In this document: one piece after another, positions 1-8,538 of the stretch
Layout of the letters: every line of letters starts with the position of its first letter
How positions within the stretch are numbered: position 1 is the stretch's first letter
Origin: Eubacteriales bacterium
GTDB lineage: Bacteria > Bacillota > Clostridia > Oscillospirales > CAG-272
Reading direction: 5' to 3'
DNA: 33,066 nt
Assembly: GCA_045533315.1 (NCBI GenBank)
Contig: JAZSHN010000101.1
Coordinates: forward strand, 1 to 33,066
The notes under the pieces: generated by a model
What the model was told of the DNA's origin: nothing
Seen by the model: the letters and a program-made list of their open reading frames with translations, nothing else
Databases searched by the model: none
Made by a program: the position numbers and the translations under genes

Positions 1-170
1 TTAATCTAAGCTTCTTCTTACTTTTTGAGTTTTCTTTTTTCAAAGTGTTTTAACGAGAATCTTTCGCACTAAATCAGTTCTTACCAATTTAAGTGTACAA
101 AAATTTTCAATGTTGTTCAATTTTCAAGGAGCAAGGTGCACGCTCGAGGTCCTGCCTCGTTTTGCGCGCT
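1..170 (-). other. Probable rRNA operon 5' leader with boxA-like element; the 16S gene would lie beyond the left edge
   Basis: The minus strand at 111-134 reads TTGCTCCTTGAAAATTGAACAACA, resembling the Firmicute rrn boxA/processing-stalk sequence. The region is AT-rich and non-coding and lies directly downstream of a perfect promoter. No mature rRNA is inside the window. Confidence 0.7.
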
Positions 171-175
171 TTGAT

Positions 176-204
176 ATTATAACCCAAACAAAACAAAATG
201 TCAA
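176..204 (-). promoter_or_regulatory. Consensus sigmaA promoter (putative rrn promoter)
   Basis: TTGACA (204-199), 17 bp spacer, TATAAT (181-176), with an AT-rich UP-like tract upstream. Confidence 0.85.
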
Positions 205-275
205 GCCCTTTTGTAAAAAAATTTCAAAAATTTTTGTACAGGATATACAACGGGCGAAAAGCAACAAAAAACGGC

Positions 276-305
276 AAAAAAATGCCGCCCCAAAAAGGGG
301 CGGGC
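276..305 (-). terminator. Intrinsic terminator after the 319-747 gene
   Basis: gccgcccc-aaaaa-ggggcgggc hairpin, with the A-run at its left giving a U-tail on the minus strand. Confidence 0.6.
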
Positions 306-318
306 GAGCCAAACATCT

Positions 319-747
319 TTATAATGCCAAAATTGCGATAAAAAATGCAAGGGCGGTAAGAATATAAGCTCCATTCAAGATTATGCTTACCAAACCGAAA
401 ACCTTTTCTCTGCCGAGACGATATTTAAACACGGTAATGGAAAGCACAAGGCTGATAATCGCAAGCACCGCAGAAGCAACCACGCCAATCAAGGTAAAGA
501 CAACCAAAAACACCTGTGCAATACCTGTGCCGAGCTGGCTTTCACCTGCATCTTCGAGAGCGTTATGCTCTGCACGCGTTACGAAAAATTCAACCCCAAA
601 ATAAACGGTAAAGGCAATTGCCACGGTAGCGGCAATGAGAAGTATAATTGCAGCGGTAAGATGAACGACACGTCCAACGGTAACCTTTTGCTTCTCTTTA
701 CCCTCGGTAACCTCCTCTACCTCGTAAACGTTTTCTTTATTATCCAT
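319..747 (-). CDS. Hypothetical membrane protein with about 3 TM helices (142 aa)
   Basis: The start was moved to MDNKENV, which has an AAGGAGG RBS and lies downstream of the promoter. There are three hydrophobic segments. Confidence 0.8.
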   Translation of the reverse strand: MDNKENVYEVEEVTEGKEKQKVTVGRVVHLTAAIILLIAATVAIAFTVYFGVEFFVTRAEHNALEDAGESQLGTGIAQVFLVVFTLIGVVASAVLAIISLVLSITVFKYRLGREKVFGLVSIILNGAYILTALAFFIAILAL

Positions 748-777
748 AACAAGCCTCCTTTCGAGGTTGGTAGAGAT

Positions 778-806
778 ATTATAGCACAAAATGCGAAATA
801 TGTCAA
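778..806 (-). promoter_or_regulatory. sigmaA promoter with extended -10
   Basis: TTGACA-17-TATAAT, with TGTG at -16. Confidence 0.8.
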
Positions 807-869
807 CAGTAACCCATTCTCTCGCGCGTATATATAATTATAAGGAAGCGAAAGCCGAAATTTTTGATA

Positions 870-898
870 TTGACAAGACACTGTGCCTGTGCTATACT
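870..898 (+). promoter_or_regulatory. sigmaA promoter, divergent from the one above
   Basis: TTGACA-17-TATACT, with TGTG at -16. Confidence 0.8.
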
Positions 899-926
899 TA
901 TTGCACCGGAAAATTAAGGAGTATTT

Positions 927-1352
927 ATGACACTTTACGACGAAATTTATTTTGAAATTACAGCATCGGGAAAAAGATCGGAGCTTGAAAAATTCATTTC
1001 ATTTTTGAATGACGGCGGTCTTGACGACTTTTTTGAGATGGACGAGGATTATATCGATTACGACGACGATTTCGGATCATGCGGTGCGGAGGACGACACC
1101 TACGTCACCTTTTCCAACGACGATATGGGAATCGAGGTTGACGAGTTTGACGTTGACGAATTCCTCGAGGTACTTTGTCGCGCGGGAAGAAGGCTCGACC
1201 TTCGCGGCGAAATCTACGACGCCGACGACGACGAATACCGTTTTGTTTCAAAGGAGGGCGACTCCTATTATCTCAACGCAAACAATATAACCCTTTTCAA
1301 CGACGACCTCGATACACAGGCAAAGGAAGAGGATATCGACGACGAGGAATAA
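927..1352 (+). CDS. Hypothetical highly acidic protein (141 aa)
   Basis: TAAGGAG RBS and its own promoter. Hand count gives about 47 D+E versus about 10 K+R. Confidence 0.85.
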   Translation: MTLYDEIYFEITASGKRSELEKFISFLNDGGLDDFFEMDEDYIDYDDDFGSCGAEDDTYVTFSNDDMGIEVDEFDVDEFLEVLCRAGRRLDLRGEIYDADDDEYRFVSKEGDSYYLNANNITLFNDDLDTQAKEEDIDDEE

Positions 1353-1386
1353 AAGGGGGCTGCTTCATTTAGACATAACCGTAAAC

Positions 1387-1426
1387 AAAAGGGCGAGGTA
1401 CCATATAATAGGTGCCTCGTCTCTTG
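1387..1426. terminator. Probable bidirectional terminator
   Basis: Inverted repeat gggcgaggtacc / ggtgcctcgtct between convergent genes. Confidence 0.55.
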
Positions 1427-1496
1427 CTATATTATAAAACAGAAATAAGGAAAGAAAACCTTATAGGGAGTGTCGAAGGATTTTAGAAAACAACTC

Positions 1497-2054
1497 CTAT
1501 AAAAGATTGTCGGTGATTTTTGATAATTTACTATGAAGCCCCTCGTCCTCCACGAGTCGGAGAATTATTCTGCTGCTTTTTTGCTCCACCCTGTAATAGG
1601 CAAGACGGCGGCGGGTTTTTATTTCTTCGGGGTAAACGATTTCAAGATACATATCCCCCTCAAAAATTACGACCGCGATATGGTGGTATTCAAGCACCTC
1701 GCCCTCCAAATCGGCAAGGAGCAATCGCTCGTCAAGGTCGCAGGTTTTTCGCGGAGGATTAAATTCAAAGGGCGATGGGTATAATTCCCTTACCCTTCTG
1801 TGGTCGCGGAGGTTTTCAACCTGCTCGGCGAAAAAGGATATGCCAAGCTCGCGCTCATGCTCCGCGGCTTTACCCTTTACCGATAAAACGATTTTCTCGC
1901 CCTCGTCGCCAAGGGCGGAAATTATACGCTCCTCCCAAGCCTCGTAGCCCGCAATGGCAACAACGGCGCAAATGCTGTCGCCGCTTTTTACGTAATTCAG
2001 GCAATTAACGAGGGCGTTATAGTATTCCTCTTTATAATTATTCGGAAGTATCAT
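1497..2054 (-). CDS. Hypothetical protein with a C-terminal half resembling DUF1292
   Basis: AAGGA RBS. The segment LADLEGEVLEY..IAVVIFEGDMY...YYRVE....LRLVEDE follows the DUF1292 pattern (recalled, not searched). Confidence 0.65.
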   Translation of the reverse strand: MILPNNYKEEYYNALVNCLNYVKSGDSICAVVAIAGYEAWEERIISALGDEGEKIVLSVKGKAAEHERELGISFFAEQVENLRDHRRVRELYPSPFEFNPPRKTCDLDERLLLADLEGEVLEYHHIAVVIFEGDMYLEIVYPEEIKTRRRLAYYRVEQKSSRIILRLVEDEGLHSKLSKITDNLL

Positions 2055-2112
2055 TGCGGTTTCCTTAATATATTATTTACAGGTTTCGGGATTCGTGCAT
2101 ATTCCCGATATA

Positions 2113-2142
2113 TTGACAAACCTCTCGGGTCTGTGTTAAAAT
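2113..2142 (+). promoter_or_regulatory. sigmaA promoter for the two DUF308-like genes
   Basis: TTGACA-18-TAAAAT with a TG extension. Confidence 0.6.
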
Positions 2143-2181
2143 AACGTTGGAAAAATCCTTTTTTCGCAGGAGAAAATAAAA

Positions 2182-2790
2182 ATGCTTAAAAAATTAAAAA
2201 AATTCGGTTGGGGCTATCTCGTTATCGGAGCTATATTAATCGCAATCGGCGTTTCGTTTATAAGCGCACAGGATGCGTACGAAACGCTTGCAATAATAAT
2301 GGGTTGTATTCTCGCCGCGGTCGGCATAGGATTTAGTGTGTACACACTTATGGACAAAAATCGCGGTGTAAGATTTGCGCTTCGCCTTTCCGTCGGGGTA
2401 AGCGCAATAATTTGCGGCATCGTCACAATAATTGCAAAGGGCGGCGCGATAGAGGTTATTGCAAACATTCTTTTTCTTTTGCTCATAATAGACGGAGCCT
2501 TTAAGCTCCAGCTTTCAATCCTTTCCCGTCGGCTTTCCTACTGGGGCTGGTGGTTGATTACCTCGCTCTCCGTCGTGATAATTATATGCTCGTTTTTGCT
2601 TTGCAAGCTTACGCCGAGCGACCCCGCAAACCTTGCAACCCTTTCGGGTATTTTGATAATTTCGGACGGCTTGCTTAATCTTTTATCCGCCTTCTTTTCC
2701 TCTGCAATAGTTGTCAAAAAGGAGGACGAGGACGACACCCCCGACAAGGACGAAGAAACAGCGGAGCCCAAAGACGAGGAAGTCGAGTAG
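2182..2790 (+). CDS. HdeD/DUF308 family membrane protein with an acidic tail
   Basis: Six short TM segments, GxxLIxxG repeats and a WGWW motif; AGGAG RBS. Confidence 0.75.
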   Translation: MLKKLKKFGWGYLVIGAILIAIGVSFISAQDAYETLAIIMGCILAAVGIGFSVYTLMDKNRGVRFALRLSVGVSAIICGIVTIIAKGGAIEVIANILFLLLIIDGAFKLQLSILSRRLSYWGWWLITSLSVVIIICSFLLCKLTPSDPANLATLSGILIISDGLLNLLSAFFSSAIVVKKEDEDDTPDKDEETAEPKDEEVE

Positions 2791-2825
2791 GGTAAACAAT
2801 TATTTACATTTAACAGAGGTGGAGA

Positions 2826-3431
2826 ATGAGAAAAATCCTCGACAAGCTTAAAAAATTTAACACGCCCCTGTACTACGGCATTGCTTGCCTTGCATTTGGC
2901 GTTTCGTTTGCGGTGCTGCCGTATTTATGGAAGCCCGCGCTTGACATACTTCTTATTCTGGCGGGTGTGTTTTCCATATTCGTTGGAATTTTGACGGTAT
3001 CCCTGCTTGATACGGAGTATCGCGACATCAGCTATTATCTTTCGGTTGGAAAGACCCTTTGCCTTATCGGTTTTGGAATATTTTTGATTACCTCGCGCTC
3101 CTCGCTTGCCTGGATGCTTTGCATCGGGTACGGAATTTACCTTTTGGTACGGGCTGTTCCCTCGCTTATAAAATGCGTGCTTTTGCCAAAGACGGGAGAG
3201 ACGGTCTGGTGGGGGCGGCTTTTGCTTTCGATACTTGAGATACTTATCGGACTTTGGCTTATTATCTATCCAAAGTGGCCGAGCGAGTACGTTTTGGCGG
3301 GCGTAGCCCTTTCGGTCACGGCAATCGAGCTTTTTATAAAGCATAATAAAAAGGATAAGGCAGCCACCCCGCCGAGAATGATGTTCGGCACGGTTTTCGA
3401 CCCCGAATTCGAGGATAAAACCGACGAATAA
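2826..3431 (+). CDS. HdeD/DUF308-like membrane protein (second, divergent copy)
   Basis: About 6 TM segments with a WW..LLLSILEILIGLWLIIYP pattern; GAGGTGG RBS. Confidence 0.7.
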   Translation: MRKILDKLKKFNTPLYYGIACLAFGVSFAVLPYLWKPALDILLILAGVFSIFVGILTVSLLDTEYRDISYYLSVGKTLCLIGFGIFLITSRSSLAWMLCIGYGIYLLVRAVPSLIKCVLLPKTGETVWWGRLLLSILEILIGLWLIIYPKWPSEYVLAGVALSVTAIELFIKHNKKDKAATPPRMMFGTVFDPEFEDKTDE

Positions 3432-3459
3432 CCCACAAAAAGACAACCCCAAGATATAG

Positions 3460-3485
3460 AAAAAGCGGCAGTTTTGCCGCTTTTT
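3460..3485. terminator. Bidirectional intrinsic terminator
   Basis: aaaaagcggca-gttt-tgccgcttttt between convergent genes. Confidence 0.85.
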
Positions 3486-3496
3486 CGTTTTTCCCA

Positions 3497-3955
3497 CTAA
3501 CAATACATTCCCGATGCCGCGAGGTAGGAATAGAGCTTTTCGCCGTGGTCCTGCTCCTCCTTTTGAATGTGGGCGAGCGTATCGCGAAGGGTTGTGGAGT
3601 TAAATTCAAACACGCCCGTGTTATAAACACCCGAAACGTGCTTTTCCATTGAGAGCGCGTCCTTGCAAAGGTAGGCGTCGTTGTTCTTGTCAGCCACAGA
3701 GCAGGACGAGGGTGCGCCGTTGTACTTTGCCTCTGCCGCACTCTTTGGCGTTTTGGGCATCGCAACCTCCTCCCCGTTCATAATGCGGTTGATGGTGTCG
3801 AGGTGTGATACCTCCGCGGTTTTGATTTCGTTAAAGAGCGATTTGAGCTGTGGGTCACAGGCGGCATCGGCATATTTGCCGTACTTTTCGATGCAAAGCT
3901 CCTCCTGTGCCTTCAGGTCCTTCAGAATGCTTGTTTCCTTCTGTGTGAGTGTCAT
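3497..3955 (-). CDS. Spore coat protein / ferritin-like (Coat F-related) protein
   Basis: Two helical halves with ExxH motifs (EVSH, EQDH) and DPQLKSLF; typical of clostridial 'spore coat protein'. Confidence 0.75.
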   Translation of the reverse strand: MTLTQKETSILKDLKAQEELCIEKYGKYADAACDPQLKSLFNEIKTAEVSHLDTINRIMNGEEVAMPKTPKSAAEAKYNGAPSSCSVADKNNDAYLCKDALSMEKHVSGVYNTGVFEFNSTTLRDTLAHIQKEEQDHGEKLYSYLAASGMYC

Positions 3956-4024
3956 ATTTTTCTCCTTTCGGGGTATTTACCCTTACGGAGAGTTTATCCC
4001 ATAGAAGGAAATTTATTCATTCAT

Positions 4025-4948
4025 TTACATTTTTGGTATTTTTACGGTAATAATTTCAAGACCTTCGCCGCCCGTGACGGTTATTTTACCCGCGCCGGCG
4101 GGGATAAAGAAGCTGTCCCCTTTTGTGATTTTTTCGCCCTCGATTTCACCCGCGCCGCCGACACAGGTGACGGAAAGGAAGGAGTCGGGTGTGACGTCAA
4201 GCGTCATATTTGTAAAGTTTAGTTTATATTTTGCCGTTTCAAAATATTCGCATTTTCCGATAATTTCGGGCGAATTTGCGACACGGGGTGCGGGTTTATA
4301 TACGTCAAGGTCGGAAACGAGCATTGCCTTTTCAATATGAAGCTCGCGAAGGTTGCCGTCCTTGTCACGGCGCATATAATCGTAAAGGCGGTAGGTCAGC
4401 GTGCTGTTTTGTTGAATTTCAAAGATAACGACTCCCGCGCCGATTGCGTGAATTGTGCCCGACGGGATAAAGAACACGTCGCCCGCCGTTACCCTCTTGA
4501 AGGACAGGAGCTTTTCAACCGTTCCGTCCTCCACCGCCGCGCGGAATTTTTCGGGGGCGACCGCCTCGTTAAGACCCATATAAAGCCCCGCGCCCTCGTC
4601 CGCCTGTACAACGTACCACATTTCGGTTTTTCCGTACTGTCCCTCGTTTTCAAGGGCGTAGCCGTCGGAGGGATGCACCTGTACAGAAAGCTTTTCCCTT
4701 GCATCTATAAATTTCGTAAGGGTCGGAAAAAATTGAAATTTTTCGGCATTTTTGCCCCAGCACTCACGCGGGAAAGCCTCCGACATAGTTCTTCCGTCCT
4801 CGGTTTTCGCCTCTCCGCCCTTTGTAAACGAAAGCTCCCAGCTTTCGGCAATCCTGTCGGCGTCCGACCTCTTTCCGTATGCGCGAAGCTTGTTTCCTCC
4901 CCAAAGATTGTCCTTTGTCGCTGGGATAAGTCTGTATATTTTCTCCAT
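4025..4948 (-). CDS. manA: Mannose-6-phosphate isomerase, class I
   Basis: LWGG, ESWE, LSVQVHP, GKTEMWY, GTIHAIG and EIQQNS motifs. Confidence 0.95.
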   Translation of the reverse strand: MEKIYRLIPATKDNLWGGNKLRAYGKRSDADRIAESWELSFTKGGEAKTEDGRTMSEAFPRECWGKNAEKFQFFPTLTKFIDAREKLSVQVHPSDGYALENEGQYGKTEMWYVVQADEGAGLYMGLNEAVAPEKFRAAVEDGTVEKLLSFKRVTAGDVFFIPSGTIHAIGAGVVIFEIQQNSTLTYRLYDYMRRDKDGNLRELHIEKAMLVSDLDVYKPAPRVANSPEIIGKCEYFETAKYKLNFTNMTLDVTPDSFLSVTCVGGAGEIEGEKITKGDSFFIPAGAGKITVTGGEGLEIITVKIPKM

Positions 4949-4974
4949 TTCGACCTCCGAATTTTTCTGTAACG

Positions 4975-5004
4975 ATTATACACCAAAAGGGCGGAGAATG
5001 TCAA
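4975..5004 (-). promoter_or_regulatory. sigmaA promoter of manA
   Basis: TTGACA-18-TATAAT. Confidence 0.7.
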
Positions 5005-5212
5005 GAGCGCAGGGGCTTAATCCGCCTTGCCTTGCTTTCAAATCCGCGGCGCGAGTGGGCAGCTTGCACATTATTTTTAAATTTTTATAAAATCTATTTA
5101 TTTTTCCGTTTACGTGTGCTATAATATAATATCGCGACCCATACGCTCGCGCAAGGCTTATTACGCGGGCGAGCATTTAACCCCCGTGGGTCGGAAAGGA
5201 AGGCTACATAAA

Positions 5213-6541
5213 ATGAAAAAGGAATGTAACATAGATTGCTCCCGTCTTAACAAGGTCGGCGGACAGGCGGTGCTTGAGGGCGTAATGATGAAGGCGGGCG
5301 AGAGGACGGTCACCACCTGTCGCAAGGAGGACGGCACTCTCGTCGTTACCGACGACAAATTCGTATCGGTAAGAAAGAAAAACAAGCTTCTTAATCTCCC
5401 GATAATACGCGGCTTTGTCAACTTTATCGAGATGATGAAGCTCTCGGTCAAGACGCTTGAAATTTCGGCTGACGCGCTGGAGCTTGAGGACGAAAAGGAA
5501 AAGGCGAAAAAGGAAAAGAAAAAGGCAGAGGGAAAGGTCGCGGTCGGCACGGTCGACGTTGTAATGGTGCTTGGCGTTGTGCTTGGTCTTGCGCTGGCTC
5601 TCGGACTTTTCTTCGTGCTTCCCTCTCTTATTGCCGACGGTATAGAGTGGTTTTTCACCACTGTGCTTAACGCTCTTCCATTTGGCATTGTGACGGTTGC
5701 GGTTATCGAGGGTATTGTCAAAATCGGCATATTCCTTTGCTATCTTTCTCTCGTAATTCTGATGCCCGACATAAAGCGCACCTTTATGTATCACGGCGCG
5801 GGGCATAAGTCGATTGCCTGCTTCGAGGTGGGCGAGGAGCTTACCCCCGAAATTGCGAACAAGCACACCCGCTTTCACCCGAGATGCGGCACGAGCTTTA
5901 TGTTTCTTATGATTCTTATCGGCGTGTTTATCGGTATTTTCGTAAGATTTGTCCTCCCGTCAAAGGCACTTTTTGCCTCGGATTTTCTCTACTCTCTTTC
6001 GGTTTCGGGAATAAAGATTTTGCTTTTGCCGATAACGATGGGTGTCGGCTATGAAATCCTTATGCTTGCGGGCAAGCACGATAACACCCTCACACGAATT
6101 ATATCCGCCCCCGGTCTTTGGGTGCAAAGGCTTACCACAAAGGAGCCGACGCTCGATATGCTGGAGGTTGCGATTGTTTCCATAAAGTGCGCGCTCCGCG
6201 ACGAATATCCCGAGTATATGGAATTTTTCCTTAACCGCGAGTGGGAGCCGAAGCCCGAAAACACAAGCGAAGGTTGCGAGGACGACGGCACAGCCGATGG
6301 CGAAAGCGAAAATAGAGATACAGCGAGCAGCGCGGCAAGCGAGGGCGCATTCGACCTTCCCGAAATCGGAATTGACACACCGATTGTTGACGTTGCGACA
6401 GAGCCGAAAATCACGGTAATCGAGGCAGACGAAGCCGACGACACCGACGGTGACCACCCCGCCGCAAACGAAGCGGCAGACACAAGCGGGGAATGCACCG
6501 CAGCCGACAGCTCCAACGACACCGACGAAAATGACGCTTAA
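5213..6541 (+). CDS. DUF1385 (YqhQ-like) membrane protein with a long acidic C-terminal tail
   Basis: VGGQAVLEGVMM, RFHPRCGTSF and PGLWVQRLTTKEP motifs. The start is at MKKECN after an AAGGAAGG RBS. It lies upstream of prmC, as is usual in Clostridia. Confidence 0.9.
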   Translation: MKKECNIDCSRLNKVGGQAVLEGVMMKAGERTVTTCRKEDGTLVVTDDKFVSVRKKNKLLNLPIIRGFVNFIEMMKLSVKTLEISADALELEDEKEKAKKEKKKAEGKVAVGTVDVVMVLGVVLGLALALGLFFVLPSLIADGIEWFFTTVLNALPFGIVTVAVIEGIVKIGIFLCYLSLVILMPDIKRTFMYHGAGHKSIACFEVGEELTPEIANKHTRFHPRCGTSFMFLMILIGVFIGIFVRFVLPSKALFASDFLYSLSVSGIKILLLPITMGVGYEILMLAGKHDNTLTRIISAPGLWVQRLTTKEPTLDMLEVAIVSIKCALRDEYPEYMEFFLNREWEPKPENTSEGCEDDGTADGESENRDTASSAASEGAFDLPEIGIDTPIVDVATEPKITVIEADEADDTDGDHPAANEAADTSGECTAADSSNDTDENDA

Positions 6542-7346
6542 CGAGGCGATAGCCCTTTTAAGGGCGGCGGGCGTAAGCTCCGCGGCACACGATGCAAGAG
6601 AGATTTTTTCGCATTTCGACGGGGTGGACAGGGCTACGCTTTTGACCCGACCCGATGCCGTCGCATCAAAGGAGGCGGAGGCGGCGATTTTACGCCGCGC
6701 GGCACGCGAGCCGTTACAGTATATTATCGGCGAGGTTGCCTTTTGCAACGAGGTATATTCGGTAAGCCCCGATTGCCTTATCCCTCGCTCGGATACCGAA
6801 ATTCTCGTGGAATACGCAATGAAAAGCATTCCGCGCGGGGAAAAATTTATCGACCTTTGCACCGGCAGCGGCTGTATTGCCGTTTCAACGCTCTGCGGCA
6901 CGCGCGACACCACCGCCGTTGCGGTTGATATTTCGGATAAAGCCCTTGAAATTGCAAGGCAAAATGCCGAGAGAAACGGCGTTTCGGACAGAATTTCGTT
7001 TATAAAAGCCGACCTTCTCGGCGGGGATTTAAGCGAGCTTTCGGACGGGTATTACGCGGTGCTTTCAAATCCGCCGTATATTCGCGCCGAGGTGTATGCC
7101 GAGCTTGAGCCCGAGCTTTTTTGCGAGCCGAAAATCGCGCTTGTCGCGGAAAACGGAGGCGGAATTTTTTACGAAAGGCTTGTCCCTCTCGGACTTTCGC
7201 TGATAAAGGATGGCGGATTTTTAGCGTTTGAGATAGGCTTTGACCAAGGGGAGCTTCTTTCCTCCCTTGCCAAGGAGTACAACGCAAAAATCAAAATATT
7301 AAAGGATTATTCGGGCAACGACAGGGTTGCCGTTATCACAAAATAA
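6531..7346 (+). CDS. prmC: Peptide chain release factor N5-glutamine methyltransferase
   Basis: REPLQYIIG, LIPRSDTE, DLCTGSGCIA and SNPPYI motifs. The start MTLNEA overlaps the end of the upstream gene. Confidence 0.95.
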   Translation: MTLNEAIALLRAAGVSSAAHDAREIFSHFDGVDRATLLTRPDAVASKEAEAAILRRAAREPLQYIIGEVAFCNEVYSVSPDCLIPRSDTEILVEYAMKSIPRGEKFIDLCTGSGCIAVSTLCGTRDTTAVAVDISDKALEIARQNAERNGVSDRISFIKADLLGGDLSELSDGYYAVLSNPPYIRAEVYAELEPELFCEPKIALVAENGGGIFYERLVPLGLSLIKDGGFLAFEIGFDQGELLSSLAKEYNAKIKILKDYSGNDRVAVITK

Positions 7347-7442
7347 AGCCGTCCGCGGCTTTGTAAATATTACCGCAAAAGCCACTCGGCTTTGCAAAGC
7401 GTTACCGCAAAGGTCGAACACAGCTTTGTAAAAATCGGCTTT
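7345..7442. repeat. Three degenerate ~32-bp units, each with an AAAG(C/G)...GCTTT inverted repeat
   Basis: aaagccgtccgcggctttgtaaatattaccgc / aaaagccactcggctttgcaaagcgttaccgc / aaaggtcgaacacagctttgtaaaaatcggcttt. Confidence 0.6.
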
Positions 7443-7503
7443 GGGCGGCATTCGCCCGACAATTCACCACAACACACCGCCCGTCATAGAATGTGGCGAG
7501 GTG

Positions 7504-8538
7504 ATGAATTTGGCAAACGGCAAAGTAAAAATCGCGCTGATTTACGGCGGTCGGGGATGCGAGCATTCGGTATCCCTCGCAAGCGCCGAGTTTTCGGACA
7601 GCGTTATCGACAGAGAAAAATACGAGCTTTATCACGTCCTTATCGACAGGGAGGGGGCGTGGTGGCTTTGCGACGGTATTTCCCGCAATCGCGGGCGGCA
7701 GGGTGCAAAAGCACCGAGGGAGGTATTTCCCCTTCAAAGAGGGAATATTCACGGGCTTTTCGACGGTGAAAAAATACTTTCCGTCAACTGTGCCATACCG
7801 CTTTTACACGGAGATTACGGCGAGGACGGGCGAATACAGGGTGCGCTTGACACTGCGGGCATTCCCTTTGTGGGTGCGGGCGTGGTAGAGGGCGCGATCT
7901 GCATTGACAAGAGCTTTACCAAAGCTGTTGCAGAGTCCGTCGGTATTCCCACCGCACGCGGGGCGGCGCTCCCTCTCGGTGCGAGATACGAGGATGCGCT
8001 ATGGGCAGCGGAGCAAATCGGCTTTCCCGTTTTTGTAAAGCCGCGACGGCTTGGCAGCTCGGTCGGTGCGGGAGTCGCGCGCGATGCGGGCGAGCTTAAG
8101 ACGGTATTCAAATGTGCCGCGATTTTTGGCGAGGTATTAATCGAGGAGCTTATCGAGGATAAGCGCGAGCTTGAAATCGGGCTTCTTTCCCTGCGAGGTG
8201 GGCGGAGGCTTTCGCCTGTTGGCGAGGTGCTGTGCGGCGGGTTTTACGACTTTGACAAAAAATACGGAAGCAGCACCAAAACGGTGTGCTCCGCCGATAT
8301 TCCCGATGCGGCAGCGGGCAAAATACGCGAATACGCATTACTCCTTGCAGAGGTGATTTCGCTTCGCGGTCCTGCGAGAGTGGATTTCTTTCTCTCGGGC
8401 GAGAGGCTTATTTTCAACGAAATCAACACAATGCCGGGTCTTACGGCGGATAGCCTTTATCCCGCGCTTATGCGGGCGGCGGGAATAGGCGAGGGCGAGC
8501 TTTTCGACCTTCTTATAGAGGACGCGCTCGCGAGATGA
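7504..8538 (+). CDS. ddl: D-alanine--D-alanine ligase
   Basis: GGxxxEHSVS, LHGDYGEDGRIQG, KPRRLGSSVG, FYDFDKKY and NEINTMPG motifs; GAGGTG RBS before the ATG at 7504. Confidence 0.92.
   Translation: MNLANGKVKIALIYGGRGCEHSVSLASAEFSDSVIDREKYELYHVLIDREGAWWLCDGISRNRGRQGAKAPREVFPLQRGNIHGLFDGEKILSVNCAIPLLHGDYGEDGRIQGALDTAGIPFVGAGVVEGAICIDKSFTKAVAESVGIPTARGAALPLGARYEDALWAAEQIGFPVFVKPRRLGSSVGAGVARDAGELKTVFKCAAIFGEVLIEELIEDKRELEIGLLSLRGGRRLSPVGEVLCGGFYDFDKKYGSSTKTVCSADIPDAAAGKIREYALLLAEVISLRGPARVDFFLSGERLIFNEINTMPGLTADSLYPALMRAAGIGEGELFDLLIEDALAR

Noticed and set aside
5185-5206. SRP RNA domain IV-like sequence (gtcggaaaggaagg)
   Set aside because: It lacks the CAGG/AGCAG internal loop and the GNRA stem does not pair. 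It is better explained as the RBS.
7345-7442. CRISPR array
   Set aside because: The units are degenerate, with no spacers of proper length and no cas genes.
7504-8538. Van-type glycopeptide resistance ligase
   Set aside because: No vanH/X/Y/T/R/S nearby, and the omega-loop KY is retained.
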